A DNA stretch of 62,152 bases, the filler included. It is 4 parts of 4 records of this genome, joined end to end, with 100 filler letters (N's around TTAATTAATTAA, not from the genome) between each part and the next. Parts side by side here need not be neighbours in the genome. Positions count along the whole stretch, not along the records: positions 1 to 27,238 come from SRR31156797_19615; 3 more parts are not named here. One strand, given 5' to 3'. Below are positions 9,786-18,658 of the stretch, in pieces; the first letter of the stretch is position 1, and each line of letters opens with the position of its first letter. The notes under the pieces are model-generated. The model was not told where the DNA came from. It saw nothing but the letters and a program-made list of their open reading frames with translations, and did no database searches. The translations under genes and the position numbers were made by a program.

Positions 9786-11002
9786 CATTTGAGCGGATAT
9801 TTCTCAACATGCTTACTATAGATACTCGCCAACGGTCGAGCGGAAAAACCGTGCGCGATAATACTCATCAAGACCGTTAAGGTGACGACCGCAAATAACT
9901 GCTCATAACCCTGTATCGAACCAAAATCATGAGCAACCAGAAGTGCGTAAAGAATGGAGGCAATGCCTCGGGGTCCAAACCAAGCGATAAAGCTCATGGT
10001 AGACAAATCCAGTTTGCTGCCCAGTAAAGACAGGATAACAGGTAACATTCGTAATACGGTTAAACTCAACAACGCATAGATAATGACGGGAAGCGAGATG
10101 TAATCCCAAGTGGTTGGTATAAAGGCTAAGCCAAAAACAAAAAAGCTGATGAGAACAAACAGCTCGCCTTCACTTTCGGCAAAGTCTTCAATATGTTCTC
10201 TCACACCTTGATTACTATTACCCGCGTACAAGCCCGCAAAGAAAGCAGCGATGAATCCATTTCCTGAGAACACTTCCGCACTGTAAAAAGAGAGGATGGC
10301 TAATGCGATAGGAACCAAATTTCGGTACGTTTCCACCATCCAGCCACGTTGTAAACAAAGCACTTGTGCCCGAGCACCGAAATAGCCGATCGCTCCCCCG
10401 ACGATACCACCAAACACAATTTGCTTAGCGACATACACCATCCAGTTACTTTCCGACTCATGTCCAATACCGGCGCTGATGGCGGCGACGACAGTAATCA
10501 GTATCGGGAAGATAATGCCGTCATTTAAACCACTTTCCACATTAATGGTGGAACGAATCGTCTTTGGTACCTTCGGGTCGGAAACCACCGCCTTGCCTAG
10601 TGCAGCATCGGTCGGCGTTAAAATAAGAGCAAGCAACAAAAGATCCAATAACGGCATGTGAGGGAAGATAAACTTGCCAGTGAAAGTAGCAGCGACAATC
10701 GTAATTGGTAAGCCGATAAACAGTAGCCGAGCGGGAAGCTTCCATTCGCGCTTAAGCAGGCTGAGATCAAGCAAAGCAGCGTCACTGAATAGCACTAATA
10801 CCAGAGCAATTTCCACCAGCACCGTGACTAAGTTGGCATCCACATTCAAACGAGCAATATCCAACCCTAAAGGGGATAACAATAAACCCAGGCCAGTAAA
10901 CACCATTGGGCCCGATATATCATAACGAGCCAGCAAGTTTGAAATGTAGCCATAGCTTAAGATAACCAAAGCGATAACAAGAATGATGATGTGTTCTTCC
11001 AC
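9785..11002 (-). CDS. Cation:proton antiporter (CPA1/NhaP-like)
   Basis: Multi-TM; PTDAALG, VESGLNDG, WFGPRGIAS motifs. Confidence 0.9.
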   Translation of the reverse strand: MEEHIIILVIALVILSYGYISNLLARYDISGPMVFTGLGLLLSPLGLDIARLNVDANLVTVLVEIALVLVLFSDAALLDLSLLKREWKLPARLLFIGLPITIVAATFTGKFIFPHMPLLDLLLLALILTPTDAALGKAVVSDPKVPKTIRSTINVESGLNDGIIFPILITVVAAISAGIGHESESNWMVYVAKQIVFGGIVGGAIGYFGARAQVLCLQRGWMVETYRNLVPIALAILSFYSAEVFSGNGFIAAFFAGLYAGNSNQGVREHIEDFAESEGELFVLISFFVFGLAFIPTTWDYISLPVIIYALLSLTVLRMLPVILSLLGSKLDLSTMSFIAWFGPRGIASILYALLVAHDFGSIQGYEQLFAVVTLTVLMSIIAHGFSARPLASIYSKHVEKYPLK

Positions 11003-11146
11003 AGTCTTATGCCTCTAGGAACGGATTCCATCCATTTTCATCAAAAAATTCTTTAGAAGAATAACGTAACCCTCTAACAATAGACGATAAATTTCCTTCG
11101 CATAAACGATTTACCAAACAAATAACAACCAGAAATCACAAAAAGT

Positions 11147-11168
11147 TAATGTGATTTCTATCACAAAG
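11147..11168. promoter_or_regulatory. CRP binding site
   Basis: Perfect core TGTGA-tttcta-TCACA at 11150-11165. Confidence 0.75.
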
Positions 11169-11170
11169 CA

Positions 11171-11217
11171 TTTACTTAGCAGGCTAAGTAAATTATATTA
11201 GTTAGCACGCTAAGTAA
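11171..11217. promoter_or_regulatory. Two SlyA-type operators
   Basis: Palindrome TTTACTTAGC-AG-GCTAAGTAAA (11171-11192) and TTAGCACGCTAA (11202-11213) match the SlyA box TTAGCAAGCTAA; directly upstream of the slyA-like gene. Confidence 0.8.
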
Positions 11218-11230
11218 TTCAGAGCCAATT

Positions 11231-11704
11231 ATGATAAATGACATTTCAAGCCTTAAAGAACTCTCATTAGCTGAACAGTTTGCTCGCGTATCTCGCCTAT
11301 GGAAAATGGTGGCAGATCGCGAACTTGCACCGCTTGGTTTGACTCATTCTCGCTGGACAGCAATTTGGAAGCTGCAACGTCTCGGCGACAACGTCAGTCA
11401 AAAAAAGCTCGCAGAAGCGCTTGAAATTGAATTGCCTTCTTTAATGAGGACACTTGCCCAACTAGAAGAACAAGCACTGGTCACTCGTCATTGCTGTGAA
11501 AGTGATAAACGAGCCCGAATTGTAGCGCTTACTGTTGAAGGCAAAGAGTTACTCAAACAGATGGAAGCTCGAATCATTCAGGTTCGTAGTCAATTGCTGC
11601 TCGATATAGAAGATGAAGAGATGAAAAAGCTCTCACGCATACTCGATCAGATCGCTCACAACGCTCTTGATGCGCTTAGCCAAAAGTCAGAAACCTCAAC
11701 ATAA
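11231..11704 (+). CDS. slyA: MarR-family regulator, SlyA-like
   Basis: RLWK..ADREL.PLGLT..RW, SQKKLA..LEIELPSLMRTL.QLE, DKRAR. Confidence 0.75.
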   Translation: MINDISSLKELSLAEQFARVSRLWKMVADRELAPLGLTHSRWTAIWKLQRLGDNVSQKKLAEALEIELPSLMRTLAQLEEQALVTRHCCESDKRARIVALTVEGKELLKQMEARIIQVRSQLLLDIEDEEMKKLSRILDQIAHNALDALSQKSETST

Positions 11705-11720
11705 AGAGAAGTTACACATT

Positions 11721-12779
11721 ATGACCCCTGATCAAAAATTTGCCCGCTGGATTAAATATTCCTGCTTCGGGTTTGCTCTCATTTTCGCTTATTTCCTTGT
11801 TGCCGACCTCAAAATGCCGCTAACGCCACAGGCGATGGCAACGCGAGTCGTGACTAAAATTGCACCTCAAGTCAGTGGACAAATTGCTCATGTCTACGTA
11901 AAGAATAATCAGGTTGTGCATAAAGGAGACCTATTATTCGAAATCGATCCTGCTTCCTATCAATTAGCTATCGAGCAAGCCCAGTTAAATCTGCAGCAAG
12001 TGATTCAAAATAACCAACAACTTGATGCTTCTATTGTTGCTGCGCAAGCGGACTTAAAAGCGAGTGTTATTGTCGCTGAACAACAAGTGCGTGAAGCAAA
12101 ACGTCTCAACGATCTATTTAGCCGTAACGGGACCTCACAGAAACTTCGTGATGATGCGAAAAGCTCAGCAATAGCGGCCAAAGCCAACGTAGCCGCTGCA
12201 AAAGCTCGCCTAAAGGAACTTGAAGTTAGCCGAGGCGCAACAACAGAAGACAATGTGAGTTTACGCGTTGCACAAAACCAGTTAGATAAAGCAAAGCTCA
12301 ACCTTTCTTATACGCGTGTTGTCGCTAAAAATGAGGGTGTGGTAACGAACCTGCAATTGGAAGCCGGTTCATACGCATCAGCAGGGAGCCCGCTTGTCGC
12401 GTTGGTTTCTGATGATGTTGACATTATTGCAGATTTTCGTGAAAAGAGCTTACGCCATTACACATCAAACAGTCAGGCTTTGGTTGCCTTTGACAGTAAA
12501 CCAGGCCAAGTTTTCACTGCAAAAATCAGCACTCTAGATGCGGGCGTGAGTGCCGGTCAATTTAATGCTGATGGTAGTCTGGCAACGCCGACGTCTTCAA
12601 CTCGCTGGGTGAGAGATGCTCAACGTATGCGCGTTCATTTGGATGTTGACAATAACACTGTCAATCAACTGCCTTCTGGTGCTCGAGCGACTGTACAACT
12701 GCTCCCTGATAGCACTCTGTTTTCACTATTAGCTAAAGTGCAGATCCATTTCCTCAGTGCCCTTCACTACATCTATTAG
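11721..12779 (+). CDS. HlyD-family membrane fusion/secretion protein
   Basis: N-terminal TM, IAPQVSG..V.V..NQ.V.KGD.LF.ID, coiled coil, WVRDAQR; ATG 11721. Confidence 0.9.
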   Translation: MTPDQKFARWIKYSCFGFALIFAYFLVADLKMPLTPQAMATRVVTKIAPQVSGQIAHVYVKNNQVVHKGDLLFEIDPASYQLAIEQAQLNLQQVIQNNQQLDASIVAAQADLKASVIVAEQQVREAKRLNDLFSRNGTSQKLRDDAKSSAIAAKANVAAAKARLKELEVSRGATTEDNVSLRVAQNQLDKAKLNLSYTRVVAKNEGVVTNLQLEAGSYASAGSPLVALVSDDVDIIADFREKSLRHYTSNSQALVAFDSKPGQVFTAKISTLDAGVSAGQFNADGSLATPTSSTRWVRDAQRMRVHLDVDNNTVNQLPSGARATVQLLPDSTLFSLLAKVQIHFLSALHYIY

Positions 12780-12792
12780 TTAAGGGGGTAAG

Positions 12793-13836
12793 ATGAAATT
12801 ATGGGATCACCCAATGTCTGCTAACGATTTCAGACAATGCCTGCGTATTGCAACCGGTGCAACTTTGGGTTTTACGATAAGTAAACTGTTTGGCTGGGAC
12901 TACGGTGTGTTCTTTACCGTCACTCCTATGCTGCTTTTAGGCATGGTGCCTGTCATGAATCCACATGCCGCGCGCCAGCTCTTTGCGGCGGCTATAGTCT
13001 GTGGGTTGGAAGTTGGTATCCTTGGTGGAATTTTTGGCGGTCACCCCGGCTTAATTACGATTATCGCCTTCGGCCTGTTTTTGACCAAGTTTGCCTGTAT
13101 GTCGAAAGGAAGCTTATTCCTATTCGGTGCCAACAGCATCATTAGTTTGAGTATCATGCTGCATTTTGCCAGCTATCCGACTACTGATATCAACAATTTG
13201 GTGTTCACTAATCTATTAGCCAACATTATCTCGGTCGTGATTGCTTACCTGATGACGTTCTTGATACCGGATGTTGAACCAAGACAAGCACCACCAAGAC
13301 CAGTGGGACCAAAGAAAAGCCACCGTATGCGCCATGAAGCGTTAATGGGCGCGAGTATCGCGACGCTATCTTTCTTAGTATTTCAGATTTTCGATTTAAG
13401 TGACTCGCTCTCCGCTCAGGCAACCACGATATTGCTGCTGTTTCCGATGAACTGGAATGGCGCGATGGGCTACGCGCGTAAGCGTGCAATGGGAACGCTA
13501 ATGGGAGTCACTTTCGGCATTTTAGGGCAACTGATTCTGTATGATTGGTCGGACTTACTGCTGTTTGTCGTGCCACTGTTATGGATTGGTTCAATGATCT
13601 TTAGCTACATGCATGTCAAAGAATCCAGTGGTTCGGGTGCAGGTTTCGGTGGCCTGACGACTTTAGGTATTCTGTTTGGTCAATACTTATCGCCGGGCGG
13701 TGACCTTATCTACAGTGCGCTTTATCGGGTAAGCAGCATTTTATTTGCGATTGTTGTGACGCTATTCGTTACCTATTTAATACATAGAATTTTAAATAGT
13801 TTCGAATCGACTCGCTTTAGCCACGAAGCAGGTTAA
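12793..13836 (+). CDS. DUF2955 (FUSC-like) inner-membrane protein
   Basis: RQCLRIATG..LGF start, multi-TM, typical position after HlyD. Confidence 0.75.
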   Translation: MKLWDHPMSANDFRQCLRIATGATLGFTISKLFGWDYGVFFTVTPMLLLGMVPVMNPHAARQLFAAAIVCGLEVGILGGIFGGHPGLITIIAFGLFLTKFACMSKGSLFLFGANSIISLSIMLHFASYPTTDINNLVFTNLLANIISVVIAYLMTFLIPDVEPRQAPPRPVGPKKSHRMRHEALMGASIATLSFLVFQIFDLSDSLSAQATTILLLFPMNWNGAMGYARKRAMGTLMGVTFGILGQLILYDWSDLLLFVVPLLWIGSMIFSYMHVKESSGSGAGFGGLTTLGILFGQYLSPGGDLIYSALYRVSSILFAIVVTLFVTYLIHRILNSFESTRFSHEAG

Positions 13837-13896
13837 ACGAGAAATTTTATGCTATGGTGCGGCGAAAATACTATAAATAAAGGATGATTAGCCGCC

Positions 13897-15210
13897 ATGT
13901 CTCAACCTACGAATAGCTTCGTCGATTCCGGTATCCGTTACACTTCTCACACATTTCATGTGCCTCTCGATTACAACCATCCAAGTCAGGGTAACATTGA
14001 AATTTTTGCCCGCTCAGTCACAGCTGCCGACAATAGCGACGAGAACAAACCTTGGTTGGTCTATCTCCAAGGTGGACCAGGTTTTCCGTCACCAAGAGCC
14101 GATGCGACAAGTGGTTGGATGAAACGTGCTTTACAACAATTTCGAGTGTTGTTGCTCGATCAACGTGGTACGGGTAATAGCAGCGTCATCAACCACCAAA
14201 CACTGGCTCATTTCACGGCAGAACAACAAGCGGAATATCTCAGCCATTTTCGTGCCGATAACATCGTCAGAGATGCAGAGTTCATTCGCGAGCAGTGGAA
14301 AATTAAACAGTGGGCAATTCTGGGACAGAGCTTCGGCGGGTTTTGTTCTCTGACTTACCTATCGCGTTTCCCTGATAGCTTATTACGCTCTTACATCACA
14401 GGTGGCATCCCATCTTTATCTCGTCATCCTGATGATGTCTATCGAGCGACTTTCCAGCGCACATTAGACAAAAACAGAGCTTTCTTTAGCCAATTCCCGC
14501 AGGCTCAAGCAATGTGTCAACGTATCGCGGATCACCTAACTGAAAACGAAGTAATGTTGCCTAACGGACAACCATTTACCGTCGAGCAATTTCAACAGAT
14601 AGGAATTAACTTTGGTGTTAGCGACAGCTTTATGCCGACTTACTATTTATTAGAAAACGCTTTTCTTTTAATCGACGGTAAAGAAGAGCTACGTTATGAG
14701 TTCCTGCAAGCGATGATGATGGAACAAAATTTCCAAACCAATCCCATCTACGCCATTTTGCACGAGTCCATCTATTGCCAGAACTTCGCTTCTCTCTGGT
14801 CAGCACACAGAGTAAGAAATGAGTTTGCTCAGTTTAATTACAGTAAAGGGAACGAACTTCTTTTTACTGGCGAAATGGTTTTTCCTTGGATGTTTGATTT
14901 TTATACCAATCTCCAACCACTGCGCGATGCGGCTCAAATACTGGCAGAAAAAACAGATTGGTGTGAACTCTATAACGCAGACGTACTAGCCAACAATACA
15001 GTGCCTGTAAGTTGTGCAGTGTATGCTGATGACATGTTTGTCGAAATGGACATCAGCCGTGAAACCTTAAAGCAAATACCCAACAGCCATGCTTGGATCA
15101 CTAACCAATACGAACATAACGGGTTGCGCGTTGACGGCGAGCATGTTCTTGATCAACTGATTAAAATGGGTGAGCAAACCGCATCCAATATTGGATTAAA
15201 ACTTCTATAA
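13897..15210 (+). CDS. Alpha/beta hydrolase, proline iminopeptidase-like
   Basis: YLQGGPG, LLDQRGTG, FRADNIV, nucleophile GQSFGG, YEHNG. Confidence 0.85.
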   Translation: MSQPTNSFVDSGIRYTSHTFHVPLDYNHPSQGNIEIFARSVTAADNSDENKPWLVYLQGGPGFPSPRADATSGWMKRALQQFRVLLLDQRGTGNSSVINHQTLAHFTAEQQAEYLSHFRADNIVRDAEFIREQWKIKQWAILGQSFGGFCSLTYLSRFPDSLLRSYITGGIPSLSRHPDDVYRATFQRTLDKNRAFFSQFPQAQAMCQRIADHLTENEVMLPNGQPFTVEQFQQIGINFGVSDSFMPTYYLLENAFLLIDGKEELRYEFLQAMMMEQNFQTNPIYAILHESIYCQNFASLWSAHRVRNEFAQFNYSKGNELLFTGEMVFPWMFDFYTNLQPLRDAAQILAEKTDWCELYNADVLANNTVPVSCAVYADDMFVEMDISRETLKQIPNSHAWITNQYEHNGLRVDGEHVLDQLIKMGEQTASNIGLKLL

Positions 15211-15216
15211 ACAGTG

Positions 15217-15248
15217 ATGGGTTCAATCTTGGGATAGGTTGAGCCCAT
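15217..15248. terminator. Stem-loop just after the peptidase stop
   Basis: ATGGGTTCAATCT/AGGTTGAGCCCAT arms; weak T-tail. Confidence 0.45.
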
Positions 15249-15523
15249 TGAGTAAAAAACACCACTCACCCCTTCCTAAAAGCAACAACATGCATATCAG
15301 ACAATGACATTTGCACACGAAATAATTAGTCAGTGTCGCTTTGTCTCATTTCTGTATATATATTCACTTCGCAATATCGATCATAATCAGCCAATACAGC
15401 GCAGAAATAATATGTAACACATCGACTTCATATTGCTCAAACTAACCTTAACGGTTGAAATTTAATCAATTTTGTTTCAATTTCATTTAACCAATGTTAC
15501 TTGGTGGTTTCATAAGCAATAAA

Positions 15524-15545
15524 TATAGTGATCAAGATCACACTC
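15524..15545. promoter_or_regulatory. CRP-like site upstream of the symporter
   Basis: AGTGA-tcaaga-TCACA at 15527-15542. Confidence 0.55.
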
Positions 15546-15651
15546 AAGTATTCCGAATGGTATTTTGTTTTTTGATATGACGAATCGACTGATACTCTGC
15601 CGCCCACTCTGAAATCTCTCTTCGAGTGCATAACTATAAGGAGTGTTCTTC

Positions 15652-16947
15652 ATGGATACCAAAAAGCCGTTATCCTTAACCAGCCGAGTTATCATCGGTA
15701 TGGTAACCGGTATTTTGACCGGATTTATTATTCGTGCCCTATTTGAAGGCAACGGATTTGTTGACGCGTATATTGTCAACGGACTATTTGAAGTTGGTGG
15801 AAAAATCTTTATCGCCAGCTTAAAAATGCTAGTGGTTCCACTGGTATTCGTATCGCTAGTGTGCGGAACAAGTTCGCTAAAGGACATTACGACACTAGGT
15901 CGAATGGGTGGTAAAACGCTCGGTTTTTACATCATTACAACCGCCGTCGCTATTTCTCTAGCACTATTTATGGGTATTGTGTTCCAGCCAGGAACAGGTG
16001 CCGATTTAACCGCAGCCACCAGCTTTACTGCCGCTGAAGCCCCTTCTTTGGGTCAGGTGATCATCGATATGTTCCCGACTAACCCAATCCACTCTATGGC
16101 TGAAGGTAACACGCTGCAAATCATCGTTTTTGCCCTGTTGTTTGGTATTGCAATTAGTGCTGCCGGAAAACCAGGTGAGCGTGTCGCTGTCATCTTTAAT
16201 GATCTTAACGAAGTCATCATGAAGCTGGTTGCGATGCTGATGCAAGTCGCACCATACGGTGTATTCTTCCTAATGGCGAAGCTGTTCACCGGTTTAGGTT
16301 TAAGTGCCATTGTTAACCTTGCAGAGTATTTCTTAGTCCTTGCGGCAACACTACTGATCCATGGCTTAATCACTTACAGTATTTTGCTAAAAGGTTTCAC
16401 TGGCTTAAGCCCTGTCACCTTCCTACGTAAAATGGAAGATGCAGTAATGTTCGCGTTCTCTACCGCTTCATCAAACGCGACCATTCCAGTAACAATGGAA
16501 ACCGCTAAGTACCGCCTAGGTGTTGATAACAAAGTCGCCTCTTTCACGATTCCTTTAGGGGCGACCATCAACATGGATGGCACCGCTATCATGCAAGGTG
16601 TTGCGACCGCATTTATTGCGCAAGCATTTAACATCGACCTAAGCATGGGCGATTACCTGACTGTTATCCTAACAGCAACGCTTGCTTCTATCGGTACCGC
16701 TGGTGTTCCCGGTGTTGGTTTGATCATGCTGGCAATGGTATTGAACCAGGTTGGTTTGCCGCTTGAAGGTATCGCTCTGATCATGGGTGTTGACCGCTTA
16801 CTGGATATGATCCGCACAGCGGTGAACATCACAGGTGACTGTTGTGTTACCTGTATTGTGGCGAAATCAGAAAAATCTTTGGATGTTGAAAGATTCAACG
16901 ACCCGCATGCGGGTGAAGAACAAGAAGAAGTTCATCTTCATAGATAA
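15652..16947 (+). CDS. Dicarboxylate/amino acid:cation symporter (DAACS/GltP family)
   Basis: LKMLVVPLVF, AFSTASSNATIP, GATINMDG, IGTAGVPG, GVDRLLDMIRT. Confidence 0.92.
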   Translation: MDTKKPLSLTSRVIIGMVTGILTGFIIRALFEGNGFVDAYIVNGLFEVGGKIFIASLKMLVVPLVFVSLVCGTSSLKDITTLGRMGGKTLGFYIITTAVAISLALFMGIVFQPGTGADLTAATSFTAAEAPSLGQVIIDMFPTNPIHSMAEGNTLQIIVFALLFGIAISAAGKPGERVAVIFNDLNEVIMKLVAMLMQVAPYGVFFLMAKLFTGLGLSAIVNLAEYFLVLAATLLIHGLITYSILLKGFTGLSPVTFLRKMEDAVMFAFSTASSNATIPVTMETAKYRLGVDNKVASFTIPLGATINMDGTAIMQGVATAFIAQAFNIDLSMGDYLTVILTATLASIGTAGVPGVGLIMLAMVLNQVGLPLEGIALIMGVDRLLDMIRTAVNITGDCCVTCIVAKSEKSLDVERFNDPHAGEEQEEVHLHR

Positions 16948-16979
16948 GTGAATTTGTAGAAACTCACTCATCCTTGACC

Positions 16980-17009
16980 AAGTAGCTCCATAAAAATGGG
17001 GCTACTTTT
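16980..17009 (+). terminator. Intrinsic terminator
   Basis: AAGTAGCTCCAT-aaaa-ATGGGGCTACTT-TT. Confidence 0.7.
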
Positions 17010-17126
17010 CTATGAGCAGTATGCCTCTCCCGCCTCCTTAAATTTCCTTAATCATGTACAATTACTCTCAATCAGTTTCAATTGAGCTTAATGATCACTC
17101 ATCGAGTACTTTAGCTAAGGATTACC

Positions 17127-17918
17127 TTGCAGTTAACAAGCTTTAAATACAAAACTCGTAAAGGCCCAGACTATCGCCACGGCGAACAAGTCTCGTTTAT
17201 CGATATCAAACAAACTTTTGCAATCGGCAGCATTCGTATAGGTAAATGGGTTGATACAGAGGAAAAGAAGCTCGCGGCTAACTTGATATTCGATTCATTA
17301 GCCGATCTCGCCTACATCTTGGCTTTACCACCCAACGCAATAGGCCTAAGAGGCAATTTGAACCTCGCTTTTGGAACTGGTGGGCGCAAAGGTGTTCAAG
17401 CTCATTACGCCCCAAATCAGCGTGAACTGGCATTAGCAAAGAATGCCGGAGCGGGTGCGCTCGCCCATGAATTTTGGCACGCTTTCGACCACTATATTGC
17501 GGAAAAAGTGTTTGATATTGGTGATCGTTCTGGACCGCAGCGACAAATCCTCTTTGCCAGTGATTGTTGGCTGAAGAGTCTGGATCATTTCCCCCATCCT
17601 TTGAACGAAAAGTTACTCGAAGTTTTCGATGCGACATTACTTAGCACCGACGGACAAGACAAACACAATTATGTATCACGCAGCGTCAAAGCAGACAAAG
17701 CCATGGGTTCGCACTATTTTTCGCAACCAACAGAGATGATGGCGAGAGCTTTTGAGGCTACGATAGAATCATGCTCTGGTATCGAAAATGCCTATTTAGT
17801 TTCTGGTACTACCCAATCAGATACTTTCGATTTATATCCAGACTTAGCTCATAGACAAATTATCAAAGACGCTTTACTGGCCTATTTCCGCCCCCTTGGT
17901 GACGCATTAAGTCGCTAG
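17127..17918 (+). CDS. CLCA_X/LPD1-like protein with HExxH zincin motif
   Basis: LNLAFGTGG, AHY.P, GALAHEFWHAFDHY, YFSQPTEMMARAFE; TTG start after AAGGA. Confidence 0.7.
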   Translation: MQLTSFKYKTRKGPDYRHGEQVSFIDIKQTFAIGSIRIGKWVDTEEKKLAANLIFDSLADLAYILALPPNAIGLRGNLNLAFGTGGRKGVQAHYAPNQRELALAKNAGAGALAHEFWHAFDHYIAEKVFDIGDRSGPQRQILFASDCWLKSLDHFPHPLNEKLLEVFDATLLSTDGQDKHNYVSRSVKADKAMGSHYFSQPTEMMARAFEATIESCSGIENAYLVSGTTQSDTFDLYPDLAHRQIIKDALLAYFRPLGDALSR

Positions 17919-17934
17919 TTTTGCGTTAATCCTC

Positions 17935-17966
17935 TATACCCAAGTAACCTCAAGGTGCTGGTTTAG
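17935..17966 (+). repeat. Truncated ERIC-like Vibrio intergenic repeat end
   Basis: TATACCCAAGTAACCTCAAGGTGCTG resembles the TATACCC..CTTCAAG.TGC terminus of ERIC-type elements (from recall); no partner arm. Confidence 0.4.
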
Positions 17967-17976
17967 AGCTACAAAA

Positions 17977-18657
17977 CTACTTTTTACCCAGATTCATGGG
18001 GCGGCAATACACGCGTGTTGGTCTTCCCACTTTACCGTGTTCTAAAAATGCCATCAGTTCACCCCGTTCAACCGCTTTATCCAAGTAACGGCGGGCGGTA
18101 CTTTTACTGATATTCATCATCTGGGCAATACTACTTGCGGTTTGCTCAATATGGGCGTGCGAAAACAGTTCAACAACCTGATTCAAAGTAAATTCATCAG
18201 TATTGTCCGGTGCTTCAGCTGACATTGGTGCTTGATAGAACAAGTTATCCAGCTCACTTTGTTGCAGGGTATTGTCACAGTTAAGGTGCTGTTTAATCTT
18301 TATGAATCGTTCAAGGCTTTGTGACAAACGCTGATAATCGACGGGCTTAACCAAGTAATCAAATGCTCCATAGCGATGGGCTAAACTCACCGTTTGCGCG
18401 TCATTGGCGGCAGTAATCAGAATACACTCTGGCTTGTGCTCTAGGCCAAGCCATTGATAGACCAGATCCACACCTTTACCGTCAGGCAGATAGTTATCAA
18501 CGATCACCAGATCCGGCTTCGTAATGTTCATCATCTGTTTCGCAATTTGAACGGATTCAGCCACACCCACCAACTGTAAATTAGGCTCTTTTGTAATGAA
18601 ATGGGCATGAAGTGCTGCGATTTCATGATCATCTTCGACAATTAAGACTTTTAACAT
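17977..18657 (-). CDS. CitB/DcuR-family response regulator
   Basis: VLIVEDD, DNYLPDG, ITAAND, DYLVKP, STARRYL, GKVGRP; ATG 18657. Confidence 0.9.
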   Translation of the reverse strand: MLKVLIVEDDHEIAALHAHFITKEPNLQLVGVAESVQIAKQMMNITKPDLVIVDNYLPDGKGVDLVYQWLGLEHKPECILITAANDAQTVSLAHRYGAFDYLVKPVDYQRLSQSLERFIKIKQHLNCDNTLQQSELDNLFYQAPMSAEAPDNTDEFTLNQVVELFSHAHIEQTASSIAQMMNISKSTARRYLDKAVERGELMAFLEHGKVGRPTRVYCRPMNLGKK

Positions 18658-18658
18658 C

